Positions 52,281-61,777 of a stretch of 64,000 nt of DNA are shown here, one piece after another. This stretch comes from an uncultured delta proteobacterium (lineage in GTDB: Bacteria > Desulfobacterota > Syntrophia > Syntrophales > UBA2185). The first letter of the stretch is position 1; every line of letters starts with the position of its first letter. The translations under genes were made by a program, and so were the position numbers. The stretch spans positions 288,001-352,000 of the forward strand of contig CAVSPA010000004.1 in assembly GCA_963729715.1 (NCBI GenBank), given 5' to 3'. The notes under the pieces are model-generated. The model worked only from the letters and a program-made list of their open reading frames with translations. It ran no database searches and was not told the origin of the DNA.

Positions 52281-52337
52281 TGTCCCATTATAGGCCACCT
52301 GGGACATTTCGGGACACAATGAGACACCGTGAGACAT
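52281..52337. promoter_or_regulatory. Candidate upstream activator sites for the adjacent sigma-54 activator
   Basis: TGTCCCA...TGGGACA inverted pair, then GGGACA/GAGACA/GAGACA at 10 nt spacing. Confidence 0.65.
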
Positions 52338-52425
52338 TTGCATCTATCTTCAACTGACGAACGTTTCCCGGGCGGAGCTGCTCTCCCAAAGAGAAAACCA
52401 AAGAACGAGCAAGAGGAAAATATGT

Positions 52426-54381
52426 ATGGACTTTGCTGAAAAATATGATGTGCTTTATGAGGAATGGAACAAATATATACGAGGAGTGCCGGTAAGCGAG
52501 TTTATAATATCCTCTACTATACTGGATTCATGGGACAGATGCAGGGAAAAAAATGTCAACCCTCATCTGACGAGGGTTCCCGTGGTTCTTGATGATGATG
52601 AACTGGCAGAGATCTTGAAAAAAAATGAAGAGCTTATAGACATAAGTCTTCCGTTCATGAAGAACCTCTATGGTCTTGTCGTAGGGTCGGGCTTCTTAGT
52701 TGCCCTCTTTGATGCTGATGGATACATGTTGAAGCTCGTAGGGGATAATGATGTGATGGAGAGGGTGAAACGGGGAAATTTCATTGTGGGCAGTTGCTGG
52801 TCTGAAGAAGTCGCAGGGACCAATGGCGCAGGAACAGTGATAAAATTGGGAAAGCCTTTTCAAGTCTATGCCAGTGAACATTATTGCGTCAACTCCCATA
52901 AATGGACATGTTCTGGAGCCCCGGTTCATGATCTAAGCGGCAAATTGATCGGCGTCATTGATATGACAGGGCCATATCAAAAAGCCAATCCACATACGTT
53001 GGGGATGGTTGCAGCCGCGGCGCATGCGATAGAGAACGAAATACGGCTGCGAAAAGCATTGACCGAATACAGGATTGCGCACAGCTTTCAAAAGACGGTT
53101 ATCTCCTCTATTCCCGAAATTATAATGACTGTCGATAATGACGGATGTATTTCGATGATGAACAAGAACGCAAGAAAAGCTTTTGGAGAGGATGCGGACA
53201 GATTTCTCGGAAAAAATACGGCCGAAGTCTGGAGCAAATATAATAAGAACCTGCTCAATCTGATAAACAACAATAACACTCTCACCGATATGGAGGTGAG
53301 AATCGCCTGCAAGAGCGTCCATGGTGATTATACTTTATCCTGCTACCCCATAATGTCCATGGACGATATCATCGGCAAGGTTATCATTCTTGATGAGATC
53401 AAGAGGGCTCGCACGCTGGCAACAAGAATGATGGGAGCGAAGGCGAAATTTCGCTTTGAGGAGATCATCGGTCAGAATGCGAACTTTGTGGAGACAGTCA
53501 GGCAGGCCAAAATAGCATCCCAGATCAAGTCCAACGTTCTGCTCCTGGGAGAAAGCGGCACGGGGAAAGATGTTTTCGCGCAGGCCATTCACAACAGCAG
53601 CGGGCGCAGCGACGGGCCGTACGTCGCCATTAACTGTACAACAATTCCTCGGGACCTGATAACGAGTGAACTTTTTGGCTACTCCGAGGGGGCATTTACA
53701 GGATCAAGGAAAGGCGGCAGTCCGGGTAAGTTTGAGCTTGCAGACAGTGGCACAATCTTTTTGGACGAGGTAGGGGAAACCCCCCTGGAGCTGCAGACCG
53801 CACTCCTGCGGGTCATAGAAGACAAATCGATAATCAGGATCGGTGGGACCAGGGTAACAACGATAGACGTAAGGATCATAGCGGCAACCAATAAGAATCT
53901 GAAGGAAGAAGTTCGAAAGGGCAAATTCCGAGAGGATCTATATTATCGATCAAACGTATTTACTATTCGTCTCATACCGCTTAGGGAACGAAAGGACGAT
54001 ATTCCCCTCTTAGTCGATTGCTTTGTCGGCAATATTGGCAAGACGATGGGCAAGAAAATCGAGAAAATTGAACAAGAAGTTTTCGAGAGATTCATGAATT
54101 ACAACTGGCCGGGAAATGTGAGAGAATTGCAGAACGTCCTCGAAAGAATGATCAATATCGCACATACGAACATACTTACTGCTGACCTCCTGCCGTCAGA
54201 AATTACGGATTTGAGAGCAAGTGACGACATTACTAAAATTGAGCCGGTAAACAAGATAGAGCGTGAATTGATAATGAAGATGATCAAATCGAATATGCCC
54301 AAGAGAGAGATCGCAAAGAAATTGGGGATAGCCAGAAGTACATTATATCGGAAATTGAATGAAATCCCTGCAGCAGAATAA
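52426..54381 (+). CDS. AcoR-type GAF-PAS-AAA+ sigma-54 transcriptional activator
   Basis: SWDRC, WSEEVAGTNG, GESGTGKD, GAFTGS, C-terminal HTH. Confidence 0.92.
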   Translation: MDFAEKYDVLYEEWNKYIRGVPVSEFIISSTILDSWDRCREKNVNPHLTRVPVVLDDDELAEILKKNEELIDISLPFMKNLYGLVVGSGFLVALFDADGYMLKLVGDNDVMERVKRGNFIVGSCWSEEVAGTNGAGTVIKLGKPFQVYASEHYCVNSHKWTCSGAPVHDLSGKLIGVIDMTGPYQKANPHTLGMVAAAAHAIENEIRLRKALTEYRIAHSFQKTVISSIPEIIMTVDNDGCISMMNKNARKAFGEDADRFLGKNTAEVWSKYNKNLLNLINNNNTLTDMEVRIACKSVHGDYTLSCYPIMSMDDIIGKVIILDEIKRARTLATRMMGAKAKFRFEEIIGQNANFVETVRQAKIASQIKSNVLLLGESGTGKDVFAQAIHNSSGRSDGPYVAINCTTIPRDLITSELFGYSEGAFTGSRKGGSPGKFELADSGTIFLDEVGETPLELQTALLRVIEDKSIIRIGGTRVTTIDVRIIAATNKNLKEEVRKGKFREDLYYRSNVFTIRLIPLRERKDDIPLLVDCFVGNIGKTMGKKIEKIEQEVFERFMNYNWPGNVRELQNVLERMINIAHTNILTADLLPSEITDLRASDDITKIEPVNKIERELIMKMIKSNMPKREIAKKLGIARSTLYRKLNEIPAAE

Positions 54382-54614
54382 ATAATTAAAGAGACAAGAT
54401 TCCGCAATTTAGTATTTATTCCGGGCACGGATTCAGGAAACTACCCTTTTTGGAGTTCGAAGAAGGCAAGGTCTATTTTATCTCATTTCGACAAGACTTA
54501 GCGGAAAAGCGCTCCTGTCCCTTTTCGCTAAAGGGATAGTTCATGCTATACATGCGAGGAGTTTGATTGCACTCAATAATTACTTAATCTGAGTCCAGAC
54601 AACCATCCCTTGCT

Positions 54615-56153
54615 TCATTTTATTCCCGAGTATGTTTTTTTTACTTCCTCGCGGTTGATTTCGCCGCTTGCCGTCTTCGGCAGGTTCTCGACAAAAAGGA
54701 CGTGCTTCGGCTTCTTATAGCGGGCAATTTTAGAAGCCACGAATTCGATCAATTCCGCCGCATCTACCTCGTTTCCCTTTTTGAGGACACAGATAGCCTG
54801 GACGGCTTCGCCCCACTCGGAGTCGGGAACACCAATGACTACGACCTCCTCAACAGAGCCATGACTAAGAAGCACTTTTTCCACTTCCGCCGGATAGACA
54901 TTTTCACCACCCGGTTTGATGAGCTCCTTTTCCGGATTTCGCCCGCCATAATAAAGATAGCCTTCCTCATCCATCCTACCCCGGTCGCCCGTGTGATGCC
55001 AGCGGTTGCGAAAGGTGTAGGCTGTATCTGCTTCCAGATTCCAATAGCCGAGGAACACAGAAGGTGAACGGACACATATCTCACCCTGCCCTCCCAGGGG
55101 AACTTCCCGATCCAGATCGTCAAGGATTGCCACGCGCGTCATGATTGCCGGCACCCCTATGCTCCGCTCTTTTTCCGCAATATCGCAGCCTGAGACCGGC
55201 ATCGCCTCGGTTTGACCGTAGAGACTGTAAAAGGCGGCCTGAGGATTATTCTTTAAAAATCGTTGAATCGTCTCCGGGCTGTCCATCCCCGTGACCACCC
55301 TTAAGCTCGATGTATCAACGGGCTGTTTATCCTCGGCATCCAGAATAGCTGCCAGCATCGGCGGAAATGCACCGAAAAATGTGCCGTGTTCCTTGTCAGT
55401 CAATTTCAGAACAAGCAGGGGATCGAAACGGTCCATTATCACATTCTTTCCTCCCTGATGCATCATTGCTATGGAAAAGGAAAATCCGCCGATATGGAAG
55501 AGGGGCAATGTGCCTATGTGGCAGTCACTGCTCATAAGTTTAAACATGTGGGCCATCTGAAGGCCTACAGCCAGCATATTCGCCTGGCTCAATACGCAGC
55601 CCCGTGGCTTTCCGCCCACCGCGGCGGTGTGAATGATCATGTATGCGTGGCTACCCGAGACCACTCCTGACTCTGTTACTTTCCCGTTGAGCAGAAGTGT
55701 ACCAAACGGGATGAAATCACCCTCTTTCTTATCTGCCTTAAAGACGTAGTGCTTCCGGATAGAGCCCACTGACAGCGAGGCTTCACGGGCCAGATCCGTA
55801 TATTCCCTGCTGATGAAGATATATTTCGGTCCCGAATCCTTGAGGATGTATTCGACCTCTCCCTGGCCCAGCCTGTAATTCACAGGAACCACAACGGCGC
55901 CAATTTTGGCTGCGGCGCCGCAGAGTGTCAGAAAGTCGTCATTGTTGCTCGATAAGACGGCAATCCGGTCACCAAAGTCAATGCCCTCCTTCATGAGGCC
56001 GGCTGCACATTGATCGCACAGGTTTTGATAGGCACTGAAAGATATCCGGTTATGACCGTACACGATCGCGCTTTTTTCCGGATATAAAACGGCATTGCGG
56101 GCAATCATATCGTAAATCGTGAAATCGCAGCAATACATGGTTCCACCTCGCAA
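54615..56153 (-). CDS. Acyl-CoA synthetase (AMP-binding)
   Basis: YGQTE, HTGD, KPGGENVYPAEVE; variant P-loop HTAAVGGKPRG. Confidence 0.9.
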   Translation of the reverse strand: MRGGTMYCCDFTIYDMIARNAVLYPEKSAIVYGHNRISFSAYQNLCDQCAAGLMKEGIDFGDRIAVLSSNNDDFLTLCGAAAKIGAVVVPVNYRLGQGEVEYILKDSGPKYIFISREYTDLAREASLSVGSIRKHYVFKADKKEGDFIPFGTLLLNGKVTESGVVSGSHAYMIIHTAAVGGKPRGCVLSQANMLAVGLQMAHMFKLMSSDCHIGTLPLFHIGGFSFSIAMMHQGGKNVIMDRFDPLLVLKLTDKEHGTFFGAFPPMLAAILDAEDKQPVDTSSLRVVTGMDSPETIQRFLKNNPQAAFYSLYGQTEAMPVSGCDIAEKERSIGVPAIMTRVAILDDLDREVPLGGQGEICVRSPSVFLGYWNLEADTAYTFRNRWHHTGDRGRMDEEGYLYYGGRNPEKELIKPGGENVYPAEVEKVLLSHGSVEEVVVIGVPDSEWGEAVQAICVLKKGNEVDAAELIEFVASKIARYKKPKHVLFVENLPKTASGEINREEVKKTYSGIK

Positions 56154-56186
56154 GGATCAATGTTGAAAAAATGTGGCCTTCCTTTC

Positions 56187-56981
56187 TTACAGCCAGCGTT
56201 TGCGTCGCTTATAATGCTTGATATCGCGATAGCTCTTCCTCTTACCGATCGTCGACATTCCCAGGTAAAATTCTTTGATATCTTCATTTTCACTAAGCTG
56301 CTCCGCTGTCCCATCAAGGACGACACGTCCATTTTCAATCACATACCCGTAACTGGCCACGGATAATGCAGCCCTTGCATTCTGCTCCACCAATAGCACC
56401 GAGGTCTTCTGGACTTCATTGATCTTTTTTATGATCTCAAAAATCGTATTGACCAAAATGGGCGCCAGCCCCAGGGAGGGCTCATCTAGCAATATCAGTT
56501 TCGGATGCGCCATCAGGGCGCGGCCGATACCGAGCATCTGTCGTTCTCCTCCCGAAATATATCCGCTGGTTGCCTTGCGCAGCATTTTCAGCTTCGGGAA
56601 ATAGCCATAAACCACATCCAAATCCTGTTTCATTATCTTGCGGGATGGAATTACGGCCGCCCCGGCCATCAAATTCTCTTCAACAGTCAGGTGTTCCAGA
56701 GAGCGGCCACTTTCCATCACCTGAATGATTCCTTTGCGGGCGATGTTTTCCGGATTCATTCTATGAATCAGCTCCCCGTTAAATTCAATCTCACCGTCTG
56801 TTACTTCGCCTTCCTCCGTCTTCAGCAAACCGGAGATCGCTTTCAGAGTGGTGGTCTTGCCTGCACCGTTGCCGCCAAGCATCGCTATAATCGATCCGTC
56901 GGGAACTTCCAGGCTGATTCCTTTTAGTACCAGAATAACTCTCGAATACCTGACCTCTATATTATTCAGCTTTAGCATCAC
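56187..56981 (-). CDS. LivF-type ABC ATPase
   Basis: GGNGAGKTT, SGGERQM, LLDEPSLGLAP. Confidence 0.92.
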   Translation of the reverse strand: MMLKLNNIEVRYSRVILVLKGISLEVPDGSIIAMLGGNGAGKTTTLKAISGLLKTEEGEVTDGEIEFNGELIHRMNPENIARKGIIQVMESGRSLEHLTVEENLMAGAAVIPSRKIMKQDLDVVYGYFPKLKMLRKATSGYISGGERQMLGIGRALMAHPKLILLDEPSLGLAPILVNTIFEIIKKINEVQKTSVLLVEQNARAALSVASYGYVIENGRVVLDGTAEQLSENEDIKEFYLGMSTIGKRKSYRDIKHYKRRKRWL

Positions 56982-57210
56982 TCTTCTCTTTTCATGTACT
57001 ATATTGGCACCATGTCTCCGTGATATTCGCTATACAGCATGAGTCGCCGCGCCACGGGATCCTTGGGCCCTAAGCCACCCCTCGAGATACTATATGCTCT
57101 CGCGGGGATAGCCACTACTTGTACCCCTTTATAACTCTCGCCTGCCCGATCGCTGCACCCAGCCAAACATTCATCCTATCAAGGAAAAAGCCGGCTTGTG
57201 CAGTTGCGTG

Positions 57211-59139
57211 CTACACTTTCAACCCTGCCCGGAATCCGCTTTCAACGGCTTCAGCAATTCTGCAAACCTTATCGCAGTCTCCTACAGCCTCGACGGATAC
57301 GCCTGCCTTCCCTTCAATTTCCCTGAGCAGTTTGTTGTATGATTCATAGCCTACGGCAATGACCACAGTGTCTGCCTCGAAGGTTTCGGCAGCTCCGCCG
57401 CAGACGCTCTTTACACCTTTGGCAGTTATCTCCGAGACCCTTGCGTTTGTCTCTATTCTTATCTTGAACTCATTAAGACGTTTGCGGACGACCCACCTTA
57501 AGGTAGGGCCAACGTCTATGGCTACCTTGGGCAGCATCTCAAGAATGGCTATGTCGGTCTTGCCCTTTTCCTCGTGAAGGAAGTCGGCCACCTCGCAGCC
57601 CACCATCCCGCCGCCCACGATGACGATCTTCTTACCGACGGATTTCTTGCCGGTCAGGACGTCTGCAGCGAACACAACATTCTTGCCGGTGACGCCGGGA
57701 ATGTCAGGGATGATGGGAGTCGCGCCCACCGCCACGATCACTGCATCGGGATGTTCCTTCTCTATGATGGCGTTGTCAACTTCGGTATTGAGTCTTACCT
57801 TAATGCCTTCCTTCTTCATCTGCTTGATCAGGTAATCACGGAAATATACGATGCCGTCTTTCACTGAGGGAGCGCCGGCCGCACTGAGGGCGCCGCCGAG
57901 CTTGTCAGATTTTTCAAACAATGTTACTTCGTGCCCTCTCAGTCCGGCGACCCTTGCGGCTTCCATGCCTCCGGGCCCGCCACCTACTACAAAAACCTTT
58001 TTGGGCTTCTTGGCCGGCACGATATTAAGCTCAAGCTCCCTCCCCGCCCGGGCATTTACCTGGCAGTATATCGGCTCCGTTCTCGACCACGCGTCAAAAC
58101 ACAGGCAGCATGAAGTACAGGGAACTATATCGTCGAATCTGCCTTCTGTTGCTTTGTTCACCAAATCCGCATCGGCAATCAGCGGCCTGGCTAAATAGAT
58201 CATGTCGGCCCTGCCGTCACCGATTATCTTATCAGCCATTATCGGATCAACAATTCTGGTGCCCACGATGACCGGAATATTGATACCCTTTTTTATACGC
58301 TCTCCCATGAATATCCAGTTCGCCTTCGGCACGAAATACTGAATGAAAGGTTGGCCTGAATCATGCCAGCCCGTTGTAACATTTATCACCTGAACTCCCT
58401 GCTTTTCCAGCCACTGCGCTATCTTCACGGAATCCTCTAAGGTGTTCCCGCCGGGCATGAAATCCTGACCTCCCATCCTCCAGGATATGATCGCGTCTTT
58501 CCCCGCCTTCTTCTTCATCGACTGAATAATCTCGGCATGGAGACGCAGCCTCTTCTCGAAACTCCCGCCGTATTTGTCAGTACGCCTGTTGGTGAGCGGT
58601 GAAGCAAACTGCGCTATCGGATAACCGGCAGAACCAAGGATATGGATCAAATCGAATCCCCCTTCTATGGCCCTCCGCGCCGCTTCGCCAAACTGCTCCA
58701 CGATCTCCTCAACCTCAGCGGTTGTAAGGGGACGCGGTCTTTGCTTTCCTGCCCTCGTCGCAACATCAGAAGGACCGATATATTCAAACGGCCCGCCGCG
58801 CTTCTTGGCATAATTCTCCTCAAACGCGAGCTCTACGCCCACCTTCGCGCCATAGGCATGACATGCATCCGTAAGTTTACGGATCCCAGGAATGAACTTG
58901 TCATCATACATTCCGATCCCGAGGGGGTTGTGGGGATAGTTCACGGTAAAGTACCCTATATTTATTAAACCTACGCCTCCCTTTGCACGCTCCTCATAAA
59001 ACTTAATCATGCGGTCGGTAACATAATCGTCAATACCGAAATTGTCCGTGACAGGGGCAAATTCCACCCGGTTCTTGAGCTCCATCCTTCCTATCTTGAT
59101 AGGACTGAGAAGATGTTTTAACTTTGGCATATATGACAT
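57211..59139 (-). CDS. FadH-like NAD(P)H:flavin oxidoreductase (OYE barrel + Fe-S + FAD domain)
   Basis: GSAGY, NRRTDKYGGS, GWHD, CTSCCLC..C, GGGPGG, GGGMVG. Confidence 0.9.
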   Translation of the reverse strand: MSYMPKLKHLLSPIKIGRMELKNRVEFAPVTDNFGIDDYVTDRMIKFYEERAKGGVGLINIGYFTVNYPHNPLGIGMYDDKFIPGIRKLTDACHAYGAKVGVELAFEENYAKKRGGPFEYIGPSDVATRAGKQRPRPLTTAEVEEIVEQFGEAARRAIEGGFDLIHILGSAGYPIAQFASPLTNRRTDKYGGSFEKRLRLHAEIIQSMKKKAGKDAIISWRMGGQDFMPGGNTLEDSVKIAQWLEKQGVQVINVTTGWHDSGQPFIQYFVPKANWIFMGERIKKGINIPVIVGTRIVDPIMADKIIGDGRADMIYLARPLIADADLVNKATEGRFDDIVPCTSCCLCFDAWSRTEPIYCQVNARAGRELELNIVPAKKPKKVFVVGGGPGGMEAARVAGLRGHEVTLFEKSDKLGGALSAAGAPSVKDGIVYFRDYLIKQMKKEGIKVRLNTEVDNAIIEKEHPDAVIVAVGATPIIPDIPGVTGKNVVFAADVLTGKKSVGKKIVIVGGGMVGCEVADFLHEEKGKTDIAILEMLPKVAIDVGPTLRWVVRKRLNEFKIRIETNARVSEITAKGVKSVCGGAAETFEADTVVIAVGYESYNKLLREIEGKAGVSVEAVGDCDKVCRIAEAVESGFRAGLKV

Positions 59140-59193
59140 TGACCTCCTAAGTTTTCTTGTTTATGCTCGTTCACAACCGTGGCTTGAAATATC

Positions 59194-59216
59194 CTGGGGG
59201 GCACATTGCCCCCCAG
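59194..59216. repeat. Perfect 10 bp GC-rich intergenic hairpin
   Basis: CTGGGGGGCA-CAT-TGCCCCCCAG. Confidence 0.7.
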
Positions 59217-59235
59217 TAACAGCGACAAATATCTT

Positions 59236-59835
59236 TCAGTCATTAAGTGCCCTGATACCTTTCAGGAACTTTCTAATTTCATCTCTGGTCCGGGGCAAAA
59301 TCAACGCCAAAATCCACGTAGCCTTCAACACATTCTTCTCATTGTAGTAATCAATGGCATATTTAAGATAATATTTTCCCCTCTTCTCGTAACGGTCATA
59401 GGGCCGAAGCTTTATGTGAATGGTCTCTCCGACTTTGAAATTTTCATATATCTCGATTTGCTGTCCGGGATTGCGCGCCCCCGGAGTTCGTATCCAGTTG
59501 CCTCTGCCCTTCACCCCTATGCACCAGAATCCCAGAGTCGTTACGAATATCGGATGAGGCACGAGCCCGCCATAGGGCGATTTCTTCGCAAATTCCTCGT
59601 CCGTCATATAGGGATTGTCATCCAGACAACCCTCAGCATAAAATTTCAAATCCTCGGCCTTTATCGTAAACGTGTTTTCTCCATCCGCCTCTTTCAGATT
59701 AGCAAAGTCAACCTCGTCCCACACCTCGTAACTTTCGGCATCGATATAGAAGTCCGTATCAAACTGATGGTGCTTCTCCGTGGTAAAGTATTTTGCCAAA
59801 TTTTTATGATACGGTGGTAAAGTTTTTTGAGCCAT
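59236..59835 (-). CDS. Hot-dog fold MaoC-like dehydratase subunit
   Basis: DDNPY..DEEFAKKSPYGGLVPHP. Confidence 0.8.
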   Translation of the reverse strand: MAQKTLPPYHKNLAKYFTTEKHHQFDTDFYIDAESYEVWDEVDFANLKEADGENTFTIKAEDLKFYAEGCLDDNPYMTDEEFAKKSPYGGLVPHPIFVTTLGFWCIGVKGRGNWIRTPGARNPGQQIEIYENFKVGETIHIKLRPYDRYEKRGKYYLKYAIDYYNEKNVLKATWILALILPRTRDEIRKFLKGIRALND

Positions 59836-59887
59836 ATCTATTTCTCCTCACTTATGAAATGTTATGATGTACATCAATCATATTTGA

Positions 59888-60325
59888 TCAATCCGGAAAT
59901 ACAACTTCTACCTGGCACAATGCCACAAGCTCTTTCTTCTGATTTTCCGCCTTTAGATCAACCACGACAAAATTCTTCCCCTTCTCAATGTGATGCTTCT
60001 CCGAGATTACCCCGGTACATGTTATCGTCCACTCCTGTTCAACCGGCTTTGTAAATTTCGCCGTGATCTTTGAAACTCGCAGCATGGCCGGAACGGCCCA
60101 ATTGGTGACTACGGATGTCATAAACGACATCGTCATCATTCCATGGCCAACCGTCTTGGGAATCTTGAAAGGCATGGCTGTCTTTACCCACTCCGGATCA
60201 TTGTGAACCGGATTGTAATCAAAAGAAGCAACAGAATTCTTCCAGAAGGTTTCCTGATTGACCTTGTGAACTACAGGGGCCAGAGTTGTCCCTGTTTTCA
60301 CAGATGCAAAACTGATCTTTTCCAT
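59888..60325 (-). CDS. MaoC-family (R)-hydratase/dehydratase subunit
   Basis: DYNPVHND and HGM hydratase-2 motif. Confidence 0.88.
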   Translation of the reverse strand: MEKISFASVKTGTTLAPVVHKVNQETFWKNSVASFDYNPVHNDPEWVKTAMPFKIPKTVGHGMMTMSFMTSVVTNWAVPAMLRVSKITAKFTKPVEQEWTITCTGVISEKHHIEKGKNFVVVDLKAENQKKELVALCQVEVVFPD

Positions 60326-60424
60326 ACTTTCTCCCTCTTCATTTTATTTTTGCAATTGCGTCCTATTAATCTCCATATCACGAGATCAGACTTCGCCCGT
60401 TATCTCTCCGAACGGCGACCTCGG

Positions 60425-61636
60425 CTATTTGCCCTCTTTCGCCTTAAGTTTCAGATTATGCGGGGCCTCCATCCAGCCCGTCACATTTGATATACTTCCA
60501 TCGTTGTTGAATTTACATATCTTCAACCATTTCGATCCGCGGGCATCGTCCGGATAGAAAGACATTTCTTTATAGATCCCCATCGCCGTGAAATTTCTGA
60601 TCTGCATATATCCATCGTATATTGCCTGGCCATCGAGCTTTTCATATCCTACTTTATTAATGGCATTTTTAACGGCTTCCACCCAAGCCATAACTCCACC
60701 AAGAGAAAAGATATATGTCGAGTTGGGAATGGGACCGCGGTGTTTATATAACTTATATGCAAATTTCACCCCCGGGACGTCCTTTTCCCACCAGGAAGCA
60801 CTGCACTGTAGACCCATGTAACCAGCATAGGCCTCAAGGGGCACCGTCGCTTTGATCAAATCGGAGTTGAAGATGAAATTGGCCTGAGGGATCTTTATTC
60901 CCAGCCTGTAGCGGTCTCTTAGAACAACCTTTATCTGATCAGGCATCATTGTATCGTAAACGAAGTCCGGCTTCTTGTCCCTCATGCGAACCAACAGGTC
61001 GCTCGTGTCCGTCGGCAGCATGGGAACGTATTCGACAGAAACAATGTCAATGCCTATTTTTTCACAGTACCATTTGGCCTGCTCAGGCGACCGTCCTGAT
61101 GCATAATCCCCAAGGAGTAACGCCAGGCGCGGCTTACGCTTTTCTTTCCAATTTGCCTTGATCCAGTTTGCATAAGTTGCCAATGTGTCGTCGTAAGGAG
61201 GCATACAAGCCATTACCCATCCCGGCGGATAGAGTGCAGGCCCATGACCGGTATACATTGACACTGGTATCTTGTCCTTTATGAACTGTGCTTTCAAAGC
61301 TTCGATCCCGCCAGACAATGCATCAAACGATATGGTCGTGTACTTCCTGTCTTTGTTTCTCGCATACGCGGTTCTAATGAGCGGCAGTTGATATTTCGTA
61401 TCAATGACTTCTATGGTGAGCGGATGGCCGCTTATTCCTCCATTCTTGTTGAGCCAATTAATATAATCCTCAGCAGCCCATCCTTCAGGTGCAACCTGCG
61501 AGTGAACCGGTCCTGTTAGGTCCGTAAGCATCACAAAGTGGATAGGCCCCTTTTCAGCAGCCAGCACGTTGCCGCACCAAAAGACCAGTGCCAGAAGCGA
61601 TAATGCAACAACACCTGCCAATTTCTTTGCCTTCAT
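60425..61636 (-). CDS. Liv-type ABC substrate-binding protein, copy 2
   Basis: Signal peptide, LTDLTGP, INKNGG-like motif, DTKY. Confidence 0.9.
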   Translation of the reverse strand: MKAKKLAGVVALSLLALVFWCGNVLAAEKGPIHFVMLTDLTGPVHSQVAPEGWAAEDYINWLNKNGGISGHPLTIEVIDTKYQLPLIRTAYARNKDRKYTTISFDALSGGIEALKAQFIKDKIPVSMYTGHGPALYPPGWVMACMPPYDDTLATYANWIKANWKEKRKPRLALLLGDYASGRSPEQAKWYCEKIGIDIVSVEYVPMLPTDTSDLLVRMRDKKPDFVYDTMMPDQIKVVLRDRYRLGIKIPQANFIFNSDLIKATVPLEAYAGYMGLQCSASWWEKDVPGVKFAYKLYKHRGPIPNSTYIFSLGGVMAWVEAVKNAINKVGYEKLDGQAIYDGYMQIRNFTAMGIYKEMSFYPDDARGSKWLKICKFNNDGSISNVTGWMEAPHNLKLKAKEGK

Positions 61637-61777
61637 AAGATGCCTCCTTTTTTTCCCATACTTTCAGTCATTAAGTGTCCTTTCTCCTTCTTCGTTGTAT
61701 TTTTACAAATGCGTCCTATTAATCTCCATATCACGAGATCAGGCTTCGCCCATTATCTCTCCGAACGGCGACCTCGA

